A DNA stretch of 64,000 nt. Origin: Octopus sinensis (lineage: Eukaryota). The notes beneath the pieces were generated by a model. That model worked only from the letters and a program-made list of their open reading frames with translations, was not told where the DNA came from and searched no databases. The stretch is from positions 372,001-436,000 of the forward strand of contig NC_043002.1 in assembly GCF_006345805.1 (NCBI RefSeq), read 5' to 3'. A program made the translations under genes and the position numbers. This document shows, one piece after another, positions 46,231 to 59,060 of this stretch (the first letter of the stretch is position 1; each line of letters begins with the position of its first letter).

Positions 46231-47208
46231 GACTGTTGCAACCACCATCAACATCCCCAAATGTTTATATTCTATGTATTATAAAGAGTACAATTTCCCC
46301 AGGCTACCATGTTATCCTTGCTGTTTAATGTTCTAATGTTCATATTCCATATATTAGCTAGATGTGCATTGCACTACTATAATCTATCTAGAAATATTGA
46401 TCTTTTCTTAACTTCCTCCACTTATAAGTTCAAGATTCATTAAGTCGTGTATCAAACTCCCTTCACATAGCTTTGGCTTTTGCCACTTATCAAAATAAAA
46501 TTTCAAGCAGCCCAAAGAATGTCTGCGATATTAAAGATCTAAACTACAACAGTGAATGGACAATTAACATTTGATGAAAGATCATACACTGACAAAAGTT
46601 TAAAGAGAGATAAAGTGTAAAACTAGACCTCAGAAAGCTGGACCCCATAAAAGAGGTGATACAAGATGAGGAGGAATAGAGACTTACCATAATGCACACC
46701 AATATTTCCTCTAATTTTTAGTAACCATTATGCACAAAAATCTTTGTACAAATATTTTTTGCAATTAGAAAAGTATGAGCAAACTGAATGTCTAATCATA
46801 AACAATTACATTAATTTAGGCAAGTAACCTTTTGCACACTGGTTGCAAAACATATGTCATAAAGATGCATGCACAGCTTGCCAATCCAAGAAAGCATGAG
46901 AAAAATAGATGTTAAAATGCTGATGATGATCATCATCATATGATGATAAGTTCAAATTGAACTAGTCATCATGTGATTCTGAGCAAGACACAACTTAACA
47001 GACTAGAAGGGCTGCACACTCATTTCACAATAGTATGGTTACTGAGAAAGATAACTAACTATAAAAATCAATTGTCCCAACAAAAAGTCATCTCATTCAT
47101 TCTAACAGGGAAAGAGAGGAATCTGAAATGACAAGACATTCTCAAATTAGAACCTTAAATATATTTATATTTTCAGATAAAAGTTAATTGCAATAAAATT
47201 TAAAGTAC

Positions 47209-47316
47209 TTTTTCATTTTGTCTGGTCTTTTCTTCTTGTTCTTCAAAGTGCAACTCCAGACGTATTCTTTCCAATTCTTTCTCAGATTGTTCACGCTCAG
47301 TAATTTTCTCAGATAA
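47209..47316 (-). CDS. MNS1: MNS1 coding exon (108 nt)
   Basis: caacAG / GTactt. Encodes LSEKITEREQSEKELERIRLELHFEEQEEKTRQNEK. Phase 0/0. Confidence 0.88.
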
Positions 47317-48916
47317 CTGTTGTAATAAAATTAAAGAGAAACATTTGAAAACGTATCCAATATTTGGTTCATCATCATCATTTAACGTCCGTTTTCCATG
47401 TTGGCATGGGTTGGACAGTTTGACTGGGGACAGGCAAGTCAGGAGGCTGCACCAGGCTCCAATCTGATTTATTTTAGAAAATTCTTTAAGTATGAATATA
47501 TATTTTATAAATACATGAGTTATCTCTCAATTTCATATTACATTTCAAAGGAATAAGCATCATAATGTATCTTAACCACTAATTTATGTAGATTCTTGAG
47601 ATTTTCTCCATAATTTACAAGAAATATAACTTAAAAGTAAAAGACACTGATTCATTAGCACTGCTAATTTTTGTACATGGAACAACACTGTAGTTCACAT
47701 GTAACAAGTGTATTTGCAAGTTGTAGTCAATGGTCTTGCAACTGATATTGAACAGTGTAGCTTGCTTGCAGTTCAGTGCCATCTTGACATTTTAGACAAT
47801 CTTTGTAAACAAAAGGTAAACTCTAACAAGCTGCTTGTTTCCAGTTCAACATGTAGCCAGCTTGAGCTGGTTACAAGCAAAGAAAAGTTGACATTGAAAT
47901 GATGATGAAATACACACACACACATACCAATATATATTGACATAATGGTTGTAATGTATATTATTATATTTTACTTAATGTAAACATTATCTGGTATCAG
48001 ACATGTTGGGTAGAGTGGAGATCATTTAATATATCTAAATATGAGCTAGAAATAATTTATTGCTATGGAAACACAATAATCCAGCAGATTTATATACAAT
48101 GCCTTGTAACTCCAAGCAAACCTTCATAATTATTGCTACATTTTATTTCTCTCTTTAGTTAAGATGTATAAAAGATATATTCTGGACAACTGATACTGCA
48201 AATATCTGGGTGACTGGTGGGGGTTTAATGTGAAAGGCAAGTTGATGAAACCAAAATGTTCACAACATCTCTACACAATAGACATCAAGGATTCAGGTGT
48301 AGATAACCTGCCTCAATGACACAACGTTCACTCTCATTGCTTTTGTTACTGTCATTGCTGTTACAGCTGGTTGTCATCAATATGGTTCTATTTGATATGG
48401 TGTTGCTGTCTGCTGTTTTGTCTCCTGTCACTCCTCCCTCCCTTCAATGGAGTACATTAGACCAGAGCTACCATTTTTAATGAAGTGGATACTCTGGCTT
48501 ATAACCTCTACTTCACCACATTTTAGTTGACTATTTTAGTTAAAATAGCTATCATGTTTAACATTTGGAAAAGAAGCAAATAACAAATTCCTAAAAGGAC
48601 AAACAACAATTATTCTGAAACCTACAAAACAACAACAATAATAAAAATAGTTGTTTCTAATTTCAACAGAAGGTCAACAGTTTTGAGGGCAGGAGTTTAC
48701 TCAATACCACCAACCCCAGAGGAATAATAGGCACCATTGTTTACCACCATTGGATTAGTAACTGCAACTGCCACCACCACAACTATAGTCATGAAAAATA
48801 ATCAGCAAGATAGAATTTCCAGTGTTACAGGTTTTGCTCACATAATAAAAATAAAATTTGAAAGAAAGAAAAAAATGAAAAAAGAAAAACAACGAAGGAT
48901 TAAAAGTTGACCTCAC

Positions 48917-49133
48917 AGCTTGATAAATTCTAGCTTGGACAGCATCTCTTTCCGCCTTCTCTTGTAAAAACCTATTCTCTCGGTCATCCACAAGACGACT
49001 GAATTCCATAATCCTTTGGTTTTCTTCTTCCATTTTTTGCTTTTCTTCAGCTTTCCAAGCTTCTCGGCTTTGCAGATACTCTTCAATATAGGCTTGGGTG
49101 ACCCTTTTCTTTTCTAATTCACATTCTCGTTCC
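48917..49133 (-). CDS. MNS1: MNS1 coding exon (217 nt)
   Basis: ttacAG / GTgagg. Encodes ERECELEKKRVTQAYIEEYLQSREAWKAEEKQKMEEENQRIMEFSRLVDDRENRFLQEKAERDAVQARIYQA. Phase 2 in, 0 out. Confidence 0.92.
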
Positions 49134-49204
49134 CTGTAACAAATTTACAACAGCCCAGCTGAGTCTTCCGTTTTTGTCCCCTTCACCTCAGTTTGTTCAT
49201 GTAT

Positions 49205-49530
49205 GTGCATGCATGCATTCTTTTCTTTTACTTGTTTCAGTCAAACAAATCAACCCCAGGACTTATTCTATCAGTCCCTTTTGCCAAACCCCTAAGTTAT
49301 GGGGACGTAAACACACCAATATTGGTTGTCAAGCAATAGAGGGACAAACAGACACAAATATATACATATATATGACAGGCTTCTTTCAGTTTCCATCTAC
49401 CAAATCCATTCAGAAGACTTTGGTTGGCCTGAGGCTATAGCAGAAGACACTTGCTCAAAATTCCATGCAGTGGGACTGAACCCAGAACAGTGTGGTTGGG
49501 AAGCAAGCTTCTTACCACACAGCTGCGCCT
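49205..49530 (-). mobile_element. CORE-type tRNA SINE (octopus OR-like); further copies or fragments at about 29380-29490, 42630-42850 and 49695-49895
   Basis: Minus strand: ggcgcagctgtgtggtaagaagcttgcttcccaacc...gggttcagtcccactgc...ttgagcaagtgtcttc, then microsatellite and 3' body. Confidence 0.75.
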
Positions 49531-49961
49531 GCACTTCCAATTGCTGTTTTTACTGAGATCTCCCTTTTTAGTAGAAGAAATAGCTATAACCCTTTGACTG
49601 CTATTTCTAAATTCGGTATGTGGTAAGGCAATTCGTTGCTGAACCCTTATTGCTTAGTATTACTTATATATATATATATATATGTTTTTTTATTTTTTTT
49701 GTTTCAGTCATTTGGCTGCGGTCATGCTGGAGCACCGCTTTTAATCAAGCAAATTGACCCCAGGACTTATTCTTTGTATGCCTAGTACTTATTCTATTGG
49801 TCTCTCTTGCCGAACCGCTAAGTGGCGGGGACATAAACACACCAGCATCGGTTGTCAAGCGATGTTGGGGGGACAAACACAGATACACAAACATATACAT
49901 ATATATTAGCATGGAAAGCGGACGTTAAACGATGATGATGATGATGATGATATATATATAT

Positions 49962-50104
49962 AAAAATTAAAATGAGGGTGAAAAATTGGATATTAATTTG
50001 ATAACATCAATTTAACACCAGTGGTGTTATCAAATTAATATCCAATTTTTTGGATATTTTTGGATCAAATTAATATCCAATTTTTCACCCTCACTTTAAT
50101 TTTT
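49962..50104. repeat. Short AT-rich inverted repeat
   Basis: aaaaattaaaatgagggtgaaaaattggatattaatttgat is mirrored by atcaaattaatatccaatttttcaccctcactttaattttt. Confidence 0.8.
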
Positions 50105-50557
50105 AAATTAATTTGTTTTCAAATAGGCAAAGGCTACTACTGTAAATTATTTTATGCAGTATTATTTCTGGTAATTTAGCGCGCCAAAACGAAGACTTTT
50201 GAAAAATAACCACAAGTGTAATAGGTAGAACTGCATGCATATTCGACCTCATGTTGATGCCTGATGTGTAGTACAGCAAATTATATTTGTATGGACAATC
50301 ATACTGAAGATCTACAGATAAATTATGTAAGTAAAATTACGTAATTTGTTGATAGTGAAACATTGTTTATGATTAATCTATATTTTTGTTACTTTTCATT
50401 TGCCTTGCTCGCTTACATTTCTGGTGTTTGCTAAATTTTCTAGAGAACGATTCTTAGTGGTAAGACCATAGCGGATCTTCTTCTAGCATAAGGGTTTCCA
50501 CATGGTGGTAATTCCCTCTTATATGTATGTAATATTATATATATATATATATATATA

Positions 50558-51033
50558 CGACAGGCTTCTTTCAGTTTCCGTCTACCAAATCCACTCACAA
50601 GGCTTTGGTCGGCCCGAGGCTATAGTAGAAGACACTTGCCCAAGGTGCCATGCAGTGGGACTGAACCCAGAACCATGTGGTTGGTAAGCAAGCTACTTAC
50701 CACACAGCCACTCCTGCGCCTATGTATATATATATCTTTTATCTTTTACTTGTTTCAATCATTTGACTGTGGCCATGCTGAGGCACCACCTTGAAGGATT
50801 TTAGTCAAACAAATTGACCCTAGAACTTATTTTTTTAAAAGCCTAGTACTTATTCTATTGGTTTATTTTGCCAAACTGCTAAGTTACAGGAATTGAAACA
50901 CACCAACACCTGTTGTCAAGAGGTGGTGGGGGACAAACACAGACATAAAGACATATACACACAATTACACATATATACACGTAACCAGCTTTTTTCAGCT
51001 TGGGAAGCAAGCTTCTCACCACACAGCTACACC

Positions 51034-51035
<2 letters not shown>
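50558..51035 (-). mobile_element. Two adjacent CORE-type SINE copies/fragments
   Basis: Well-preserved head at 50558-50722 (taggcgcaggagtggctgtgtgg...gggttcagtcccactgcatggcaccttgggcaagtgtc) and a second copy at 50745-51035. Confidence 0.8.
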
Positions 51036-51086
<51 letters not shown>

Positions 51087-51364
51087 TCACTGATGCAATA
51101 CCAGCTTGCACACATAGGATACACTCTACGTTCCTGAAGCTATTTAAAAATAAAAATAAAAATAAAAATTAGAAATAATAATAATAATTAAAATAATAGA
51201 TAACAATTAAAATCAAACTAAAGCATAATATAATAATTGAACTTAAAACATAATATAACAATTAAATACAAAAATAACAATGGGTATAAAATTGCATCAA
51301 TGACTTAACTTAGATAAATAGTTTCACAAAAGAAAAATAAGAATAAAAAGAAAAATAAAATTAA

Positions 51365-52445
51365 AGTGCAGTAATGGACTAGTCCAGATGGAGCTTATAT
51401 GAATTCACACAAAGCAAAGAGAGAGTGGAAAAAGAAGAAAAGAAAGAGCAAAAGAAAGAACAGATGCAGGAGAAAGTAGAAAGAGAAGCAGAAAAATGAG
51501 ACAAGGACTGTAGAGAAGAAGAAGGACTAAAGAGAAGAAGAAAAGTGAGACAAGGACTGTAGAGAAGAAGAAGGACTAAAGAGAAGAAGAAAAGTGAGAC
51601 AAGGACTGTAGAGAAGAAGAAGGACTAAAGAGAAGAAGAAAAGTGAGACAAGGACTGTAGAGAAGAAGAAGGACTAAAGAGAAGAAGAAAAGTGAGACAA
51701 GGACTGTAGAGAAGAAGAAGGACTAAAGAGAAGAAGAAAAATGAGACAAGGACTGTAGAGAAGAAGAAGGACTAAAGAGAAGAAGAAAAGTGAGACAAGG
51801 ACTGTAGAGAAGAAGAAGGACTAAAGAGAAGAAGAAAAGTGAGACAAGGACTGTAGAGAAGAAGAAGGACTAAAGAGAAGAAGAAAAGTGAGACAAGGAC
51901 TGTAGAGAAGAAGAAGGACTAAAGAGAAGAAGAAAAGTGAGACAAGGACTGTAGCCAGAAAGATAAAGAGAAGAAGAAAAGTGAAGTGAAAGAATCAGAG
52001 GAGGAGAGTGAGGGAGTTATTAGCCCCAAAAGAAGAAAGAGATCTGGAGACACTTTTGACTTTAATGATGGAGGTATTTTGATACCTAGGGAGAATTACG
52101 ACAAATTCATGGAGGGCTTCACAAAGAACATAAAACTGGTGAAATGGTGTCGGCTACATGAAAGCCCACCTACCATAATGGATTATGAGAGACTAAAAAC
52201 AAAAATTCAATTGTAATTTTTGTGATATTCATTAATGAAAAGAGGGAAAAAAATTGTCGAAATGTAACCACTCGACTTCGGGGGTCGAGTGGGCATTGTG
52301 CCTCATTTATATCTTTTCATATTTTCATTCGTTTTAAAAAATTTTTTGTCTTAATTTTTCTTCTTTTTGTATTTTAAGTTCCCCGAGTTTATGTTTGTCT
52401 TGTTTTGTATTGTCCCATTCTGTGTCCCTTGTGGCTAATAAAAAA
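51365..52445 (+). mobile_element. Putative non-autonomous retroelement (acidic/basic ORF end, strong hairpin, Tx1-like 3' tail)
   Basis: ORF 51986-52216, hairpin CCACTCGAC-TTCGGGG-GTCGAGTGG, and 3' end ttgtcccattctgtgtcccttgtggctAATAAAaaaa similar to the tail at 33345-33410. Confidence 0.5.
51498..51985 (+). repeat. 49-bp minisatellite, 9 full units plus a partial tenth
   Basis: GAGACAAGGACTGTAGAGAAGAAGAAGGACTAAAGAGAAGAAGAAAAGT at 49-bp spacing (51498, 51547, ... 51939). Confidence 0.95.
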
Positions 52446-52764
52446 ATCAAACATTTTAGCATTTGGCTGGTATGTAATTGTACATTTTGTTTCTATGTAT
52501 TGTGTGTAAAAAACATCCTGATGAAGGAAGTGTCAGGTTCAAAAATATGAAATGTATCATATTAACTGGCATGTCTCTGAAATGGCCTTTAGATGAATAA
52601 TTTTGGTAATTTTGATTTTTTCTGTATTTTTTCTAGAATTTTCAAATTTTTAATTATACCAATGTTTTATAACTTTAAGCGTAAATTCACTGTGTTTTGT
52701 ATGTAACACTGATTCTTATATATCTATATATATGTCGAATTTTATATCCGTTCTGTAGCTGGCA

Positions 52765-53114
52765 CTTATGCCTGTAGGCCAAGAGCACCATCCAAGCGTG
52801 ATCGTTGCCAGAGCAGCCAGCTGGCTTCCGCACCCATGGTACATAAAGATTGCACCATTCGAGCATGATCATTACCAACGTCGCTTCACTGTCACCTGTG
52901 CCGCCTGACAGGCCCCTGTACCGGTGGCACGTAAAAAGCACCCACTACACTCTCAGAGTGGTTGACATTAGGAAGGGCATCCAGCTGTAGAAATTCTGCC
53001 AGATCAAGATTGGAGCCTGGTGCAGCCATCTGGCTCGCCAGACCTCAGTCAAAATCGTCCAACCCATGCTAGCATGGAAAGCAGACATTAATCAATGATG
53101 ATGATGATGATGAT
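52765..53114 (+). mobile_element. RTE 3' UTR/tail copy
   Basis: Variant hairpin units, then ggtggcacgtaaaaagcacccactacac...gatgatgat. Confidence 0.75.
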
Positions 53115-55833
53115 ATGAATATCAATGTTGGCACACTGAAAGGTAGGTCTAGTGAGATTGTAGAGATGCTTAAAAGGTGACGGGTTGATGTATGCTACAT
53201 ACAAGAGGTAAGATGGAGAGGAGCTTCAGCTAGGGTCCTCACAGGCAAGGCACATAGGTATAAAGTCTTCTGGCAAGGTAACATGGATGGTGTAGGGGGT
53301 GTTGGCATACGCCTTGCAGAGAAATGGGTAGATAAGGTCATAGAGGTTGTCAGGGTATGCGAAAGAGTGCTTAAGCTCAGGCTAGTCCTGCAGAATAGCA
53401 CAGCTACTATCATCTCTGCCTATGCCCCACATGCAGGGCTACCAAATGATCAGAAGGATCACTTTTATGATACCCTTCTACAGGCTACCTCATAGACAAG
53501 TGGCAATGACCTCATCTTTGTAGCTGGAGACTTTAAGGGGCATGTTGGGTGGGAATCGGGTATCTTCACTGGGGTACACGGTGGCCATGGTATTGGTACC
53601 CGAAACGATGAGGGAACTATGCTACTGGAGTTCTGTGATGCATGTAACCTTTTAATCTACAGCACTAACTTCATGAAGCCAGACAGCCACCTCATAACCT
53701 ATCAATCAGGGGACTCTGCGAGCCAGATAGATTTCATCCTCACCAAACGAATGAAAATATGAAAAGATATAAATGAGGCACAATGCCCACTCGACCCCCG
53801 AAGTCGAGTGGTTACATTTCGACAATTTTTTTCCCTTTTTTCATTAATGAATATCACAAAAATTACAATTGAATTTTTGTTTTTAGTCTCTCATAATCCA
53901 TTATGGTAGGTGGGCTTTCATGTAGCTGACACCATTTCACCAGTTTTATGTTCTTTGTGAAGCCCTCCATGAATTTGTCGTAACTCACACTAGGTATCAA
54001 AATACCTCCATCATTAAACTATTTTGAGGTGTAGCAGCACCATAGTCGACTGCTACAAGGGTAAAGGTGATGCTCTAGATAGAAATAACTACAGGGCTAT
54101 TAAACTGCTGGATCAGGTGATGAAGGTCACAGAGAGGGTCATAGCCCATCTCATTAGGGAGAGAGCCTGCTTAGATGAGATGCAGTTCGGTTTTGTTCCG
54201 GGTAGAAACACCACTGATGCCATATTCCTGGTTCGACAACTGCAGGAGAAATACCTAGCTAAAGATAAACCTCTCTACTTAGCTTTCGTGGACTTGGAGA
54301 AAGCCTTTGACAGGGTCCCTTGATCCCTTATCTGGTGGGCAATGTGGAAACTGGAGATTGATGAATGGTTAATAAGGGCTGTGAGAGGTCGTTAGTAAAG
54401 TTTGGATTGGTAATGAGTATAGTAAAGAATTCCGGATAGAAGTAGGCATCCACCAAGGTACAGCCCTTAGTCCCCTTCTATTCATCATAGTCCTCCAGGC
54501 AATAACAGAGGAATTCAAGATGGGTTGCCCCTGGGAGCTCCTCTATGCTGATGACCTAGCCCTCATAGCAGGTTTAGAATCTAAAGGCCTTAGAGTCAAT
54601 GCAGCAAAGACCAAAGTTATAGTAAATAGGAAGGCGAACTCATCAGACACCCCCTCAGGGAGGTGGCCCAGCTTGATCTGTAGGAAAGGTGTAGGTAGAG
54701 ACTTCATAAGATGTACCCAGTGTAAGCTATGGACGCATAAGAGGTGAAGCAACATCAAAGGAAGATTAACCTAGAAGACAGCTTTCGTGTGCAGCAGATG
54801 CACAGGGGCACTAGACACCACAGATACTCAGAAAACAGATTCCATCACACTGCAGGGGAAGAAACTAGAAGTAGTTGATAGTTTCCGTTACCTAGGTAAC
54901 CAAGTTAGTAGTGGAGGTGGATGCTCAGAGAGTGTCACCACTAGAATACGAATAGCCTGGGCAAAGTTTAGAAAGCTTCTACTCCTACTGGTAACAAAGG
55001 GTCTGTCGCTCAGAGTGAAAGGTAGATTGTATGACGCATGTATGCAAACTGCCATGCTTCATGGCAGTGAAACATGGGCCGTGACTGCGGGGGACATGTG
55101 TAGACTCGAAAGAAATGAAGCTAACATGATCCGCTGGATGTGTAATGTCAGTGTGCACGCACGACCAAGGGTAAGGACCCTGAGAGAAATGCTGGACATA
55201 AGAAGCAGCAGATGTGGTGTGCAAGAGAGACGTTTGCGCTGGTATGGTCATGTACTATGGATGGATGAGGAGAGATGTGTGAAGAAGTGCCACTCCCAAA
55301 CAGTTGAAAGAATCCGAGGTAAAAGTAGACCCAGGAAGACATGGACTGAGGTGGTCAAGCATGACCTTCGAACGTTGGGCCTCACAGAAGCAATGACGAA
55401 AGACTGAGACCTCTGGAAATATGCTGTGACTGCGAAGACCCGACAAATAACGTGAGGTCAAGGCTGTTTCCTGCACCAGCTTCACATAGAAGATACACCC
55501 ATCCAAAGTACCTTGGATCACAGGACGGTCTGCTGTGCTTACCTTGGATCGTAGGGCGACCTGCTGTGCTTGAGGAGACCTGTTGAGTCAAGTACATCAA
55601 CATCAAATAAAAATCAAATGGAAATTGTAGTTGTGATACCTGTGCCAGTGGTATGTAAAAAGCACCAGCTGATTGTGGCCGCTGCCAGCCTCCCCTGGCA
55701 CATAAAAAGCACCCACTACACTCATGGAGTGGTTGGTGTTAGGAAGGGCATCCAGCTGTAGAAACACTGCCAGACCCTGGTCAAACCGTCCAACTCATGC
55801 TTGCACGGAAAACAGACGTTAAATGATGATGAT
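53115..55833 (+). mobile_element. Near full-length RTE LINE (APE endonuclease plus RT) with an internal deletion/insertion
   Basis: NVGTLKGRSSEIVEML, IQEVRW, ISAYAPH, SQIDFILT, then YRAIKLL, LVRQLQEKY, VDLEKAFDRVP, LLYADD, HGSETW, RLRWYGHV and the (GAT)n tail. Confidence 0.92.
53745..54018 (-). repeat. 274-bp inverted copy of 52061-52334
   Basis: Reverse complement of 52061-52334 with about 5 mismatches counted by eye. Confidence 0.95.
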
Positions 55834-57093
55834 TTGATCTTTGAGTGTGGATCTTAGTAATGTTCCTTTAGTTCCTGCTTGCATTGCCTCGGCTCAAATT
55901 AAGAAGTGGTATATATGTGAGTATATATATATATAAGAATAAAAATTTATATATAAAGAACGTGAAATACACGAAGGGACGAACACGGAAAACAGACAAG
56001 TCATTCGAAGCCTTCAATCTTCAGTCAGAAACCGGATCATCATGGCAAATTTCGGCTGTTTAATTCTGATATTTGCTCCAACTCGGCCAGCCCCAAGGAA
56101 AAAACTAAGCTGTGGGCATTAGATTTCTTGGTAGAAGGAAAGAATGTAAACGCAACAGAGACGGATATAAATACAAGAAATGAAAACAAAATTGAAAACA
56201 GTAATGGTTAAAAACAGGATAACAACAAGTGTCTTACGACTTTTAGACAAAATGAGACAAAAACAACTTATCAGCAAGCGTGGAAACAATTACCTTTTTG
56301 GCAGAGGGGACACATGTTGAGCAGGCATATACACACCTCCCCGACCTTGTTCATCCAGTCCTAAAATTATTGTGTACCCTTTGCAGTTACTTGCACCCCT
56401 CACTGCTGGCTATTCTTCCCTATTTATCCTCCCACACATCATATTTCTATCCTCATCTATCTAGTTTTATCATTCTGCTGTTCTCTGCCTTTTTTTGTAC
56501 TGCCATTTACCACCTTTGCCTTTCTCAGCATCTTCCTGAAACTCAACTCACCATTGACCACACTTCCATCCTTGTTCATCATTCACTACATTATCTTTAT
56601 CCCCATCTCTTAACCTTCTGCAACTCTCTTCTCACGCTCTTGTGAACTTACCTTCCCAACTTTTATTGATCTGCACCTTATTCTCCTTTCTCCTCGTCTT
56701 CTTTTACCTTGAGAGTATATCTGACAATTTGTCACCACCATCTTTTTCTTTCCAATTACTCCTACCCACCCACCCTTATATAATGCAAGGTAGTCATGTA
56801 TCCCCTCTAGAGCAAGACACCAGTTTCTGTCCCCTCAACACCTAACATCAAGCCGCCACCTTCTCTACTGCCCCCCAACTCAGTTGAACATCAACTGCAT
56901 CAATATCAACATTCTGTGAAGACTTGCAAAAATTATGGCCACACCATTACCCACTTCCTTTGACTAACTTAAAAACATTTGGCCTTTTATTGTTGATATC
57001 ACATCAACAAACTATGTTATTTCAGTCTTTGAGTTGGACCAAATTGTCCAACAGCGAGAGAGAGAGAGAGAGAGGGAGTAGAAGTGTTCTTAC

Positions 57094-57323
57094 TTTTGGT
57101 CCTCTTCGTGAATCTTGTGCACAATTTCATCAATCATAAGCTTCTCTTTCAAAAACTCCTCATACATGAGTCGTTTCTTCTCTTTTTGTTCTTCCATCTG
57201 CTGATCCAACTGCTCCTGGTAGCGTCGTTTCTCCAGCACACGCTGTTCCTCTTTCATCTGATCCTCTTCTTCAGCACGCTTCAGGTTGTCTCTCATTTCC
57301 TGCACCAACATGTCATCAGCTTT
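57094..57323 (-). CDS. MNS1: MNS1 coding exon (230 nt), the most 5' confident exon in the window
   Basis: ctctAG / GTaaga. Encodes KADDMLVQEMRDNLKRAEEE...YEEFLKEKLMIDEIVHKIHEEDQ(K) (cf. human YEQLLKEKLMIDEIVRKIYEEDQ). Phase 0 in, 2 out. Confidence 0.95.
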
Positions 57324-57474
57324 CTAGAGAAATACAAAAATAAGTTAATTAGGACAAAAATCACGAGAGTGCAATGATACACCAAGTTTGAAGTTTTATG
57401 CAAACATTATTGCAATGCAGCCATTAGAAATGTTTCTTTAAAGAAGAAGAAGAAGAAGGCAGTGGCATAAGCGA

Positions 57475-59060
57475 CAATCACTGCCATATCAGAAGAATAA
57501 GCACAACTATGCCTCTTCTGGTGTTACGTACCTGTTTCTCAAAGACGGTGAGTACTTTCTTCTGCACCAGCTTTCACTCTTCTTTCAGTTCTGTCTTAAC
57601 AATGGTGCTACTATGGAGCAGCCAGTGCCATTCCTCTGTTCAAAAACGGTGACTGCACGTCGTCTGATGACTATCATCCAGTTAGTCCTACTAGCTGTCT
57701 TGCCGAACTGATGGAATCCTGTGCCAGAGAAACACTCTGGAACTTCTGGAATTCTCACAGCCTTATCTTGCCCTTGCAATTTGGATTTATCCCTAACTCC
57801 AGCTGCTGTGATCAACTTACCGAGTTTCTTGAAGACATCACATGGGTCACTGATGACGGCTCATGGGTGGATGTTGTTTACCTTGACTTTGCTAAAGCTT
57901 TTAATTCTGTGCCACACAAGAGGCTTATGGCAAAACTATCTGCAATGGGTGTGAAAGATGATCTTTTTAACTGGTTGGAATCTGTCATTCTCAGCCCAAA
58001 AGAGGTAGTCACAACTCTAGGACAGCATTCTTCACCCTATGAGATGTGATCTGGTGTACCACAGGGATCTGTTCTTGGAGCCCTTTTGTCTGTTGCATAC
58101 ATTACTGACATAGATGCCAACTTAAAGAATTCTACAGTGCTGAAATATGCAGATAGCCTCAAACTGTACCTTGAGACAAAAAGGACAGATCCTAAACACT
58201 ATAGACCTCTCCTGCAATCGGACCGGGACACAATGCTACAATGGATCACAGACTGGCAACTCAAGCTGGCTGTGGACAAGTGTACCATGCATTTTGGGAG
58301 GAAAACCCAACGTCCACATACTCTTTCCTCAACACTAATATCAAGAAGTCTTGTGACTGTGACCTGAGTATTACTGTGAGCAGTGATCTGTCCTGGACAA
58401 AGCACATCTCTAAAATTGTCAAGGCCAAGGGTGTCTTGGCATCACTTTGTCAGCCGCTCTCCATCTGTCTATTTAAAGCTGACTATGGTGTAGCCACACG
58501 TGGAATTTGCATCACCAGTCTGGAACCCCCATCTTGCTCAGGACATGGACCTCCTGGAAACTATTCAGAGTGCAACCAAGCAAATACCCTCCATCAAACA
58601 CCTACCATACAATAAACACCTTGCTCCCTTGGGCATAGACACATTGAAGCCCCAATGCCTGGCAACTGACTTGGTAAACACTCATAAAATTATTAACCAT
58701 CGTGCCAACAACCACTTTGAGCACCATTTTGAGCTCCATGTGTCTAACAAAGTCAGAAAATAGCACAGCTCCCATGACTTTCAGAAACATTTTTTCACAC
58801 TCAGTGTTGCTGAAGCATGGAACAAACTATCTGCAACAAGTGTTACTTGCCAAGACATTGCATCCTTTAAAACCTCCATGCTTCCTGAAATTCGCCAACA
58901 CTACACCTAATGTCCCCACCTCCATAGGCATGCACACATGTATAACATGACTCCTACACTCTTCATTTTCCTGACTTTTGTACATAATTCTATGTACTGT
59001 ACATGCACCTTTAATGAATTGTAGTGCACCTAAGCACTATACACAATAATTTTATTATTA
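57475..59060 (+). mobile_element. CR1 LINE, degenerate copy of the 33575-35671 family
   Basis: YLDFAKAFNSVPH, same 3' UTR (gtagtgcacct.agcact.tacacaat) and ATT tail. Confidence 0.88.

Noticed and set aside
50640-50722. tRNA-like A/B boxes (also at 5741, 9130-9222, 49450-49530)
   Set aside because: These are SINE heads followed by CORE/Meta bodies, with no complete cloverleaf. They are not tRNA genes.
56200-56900. Pyrimidine-rich tracts with possible decayed PLE ends (also 16790-17250 and the purine-rich 22250-22900)
   Set aside because: They are too degenerate to assign by eye, and the ORFs there are low-complexity artefacts.
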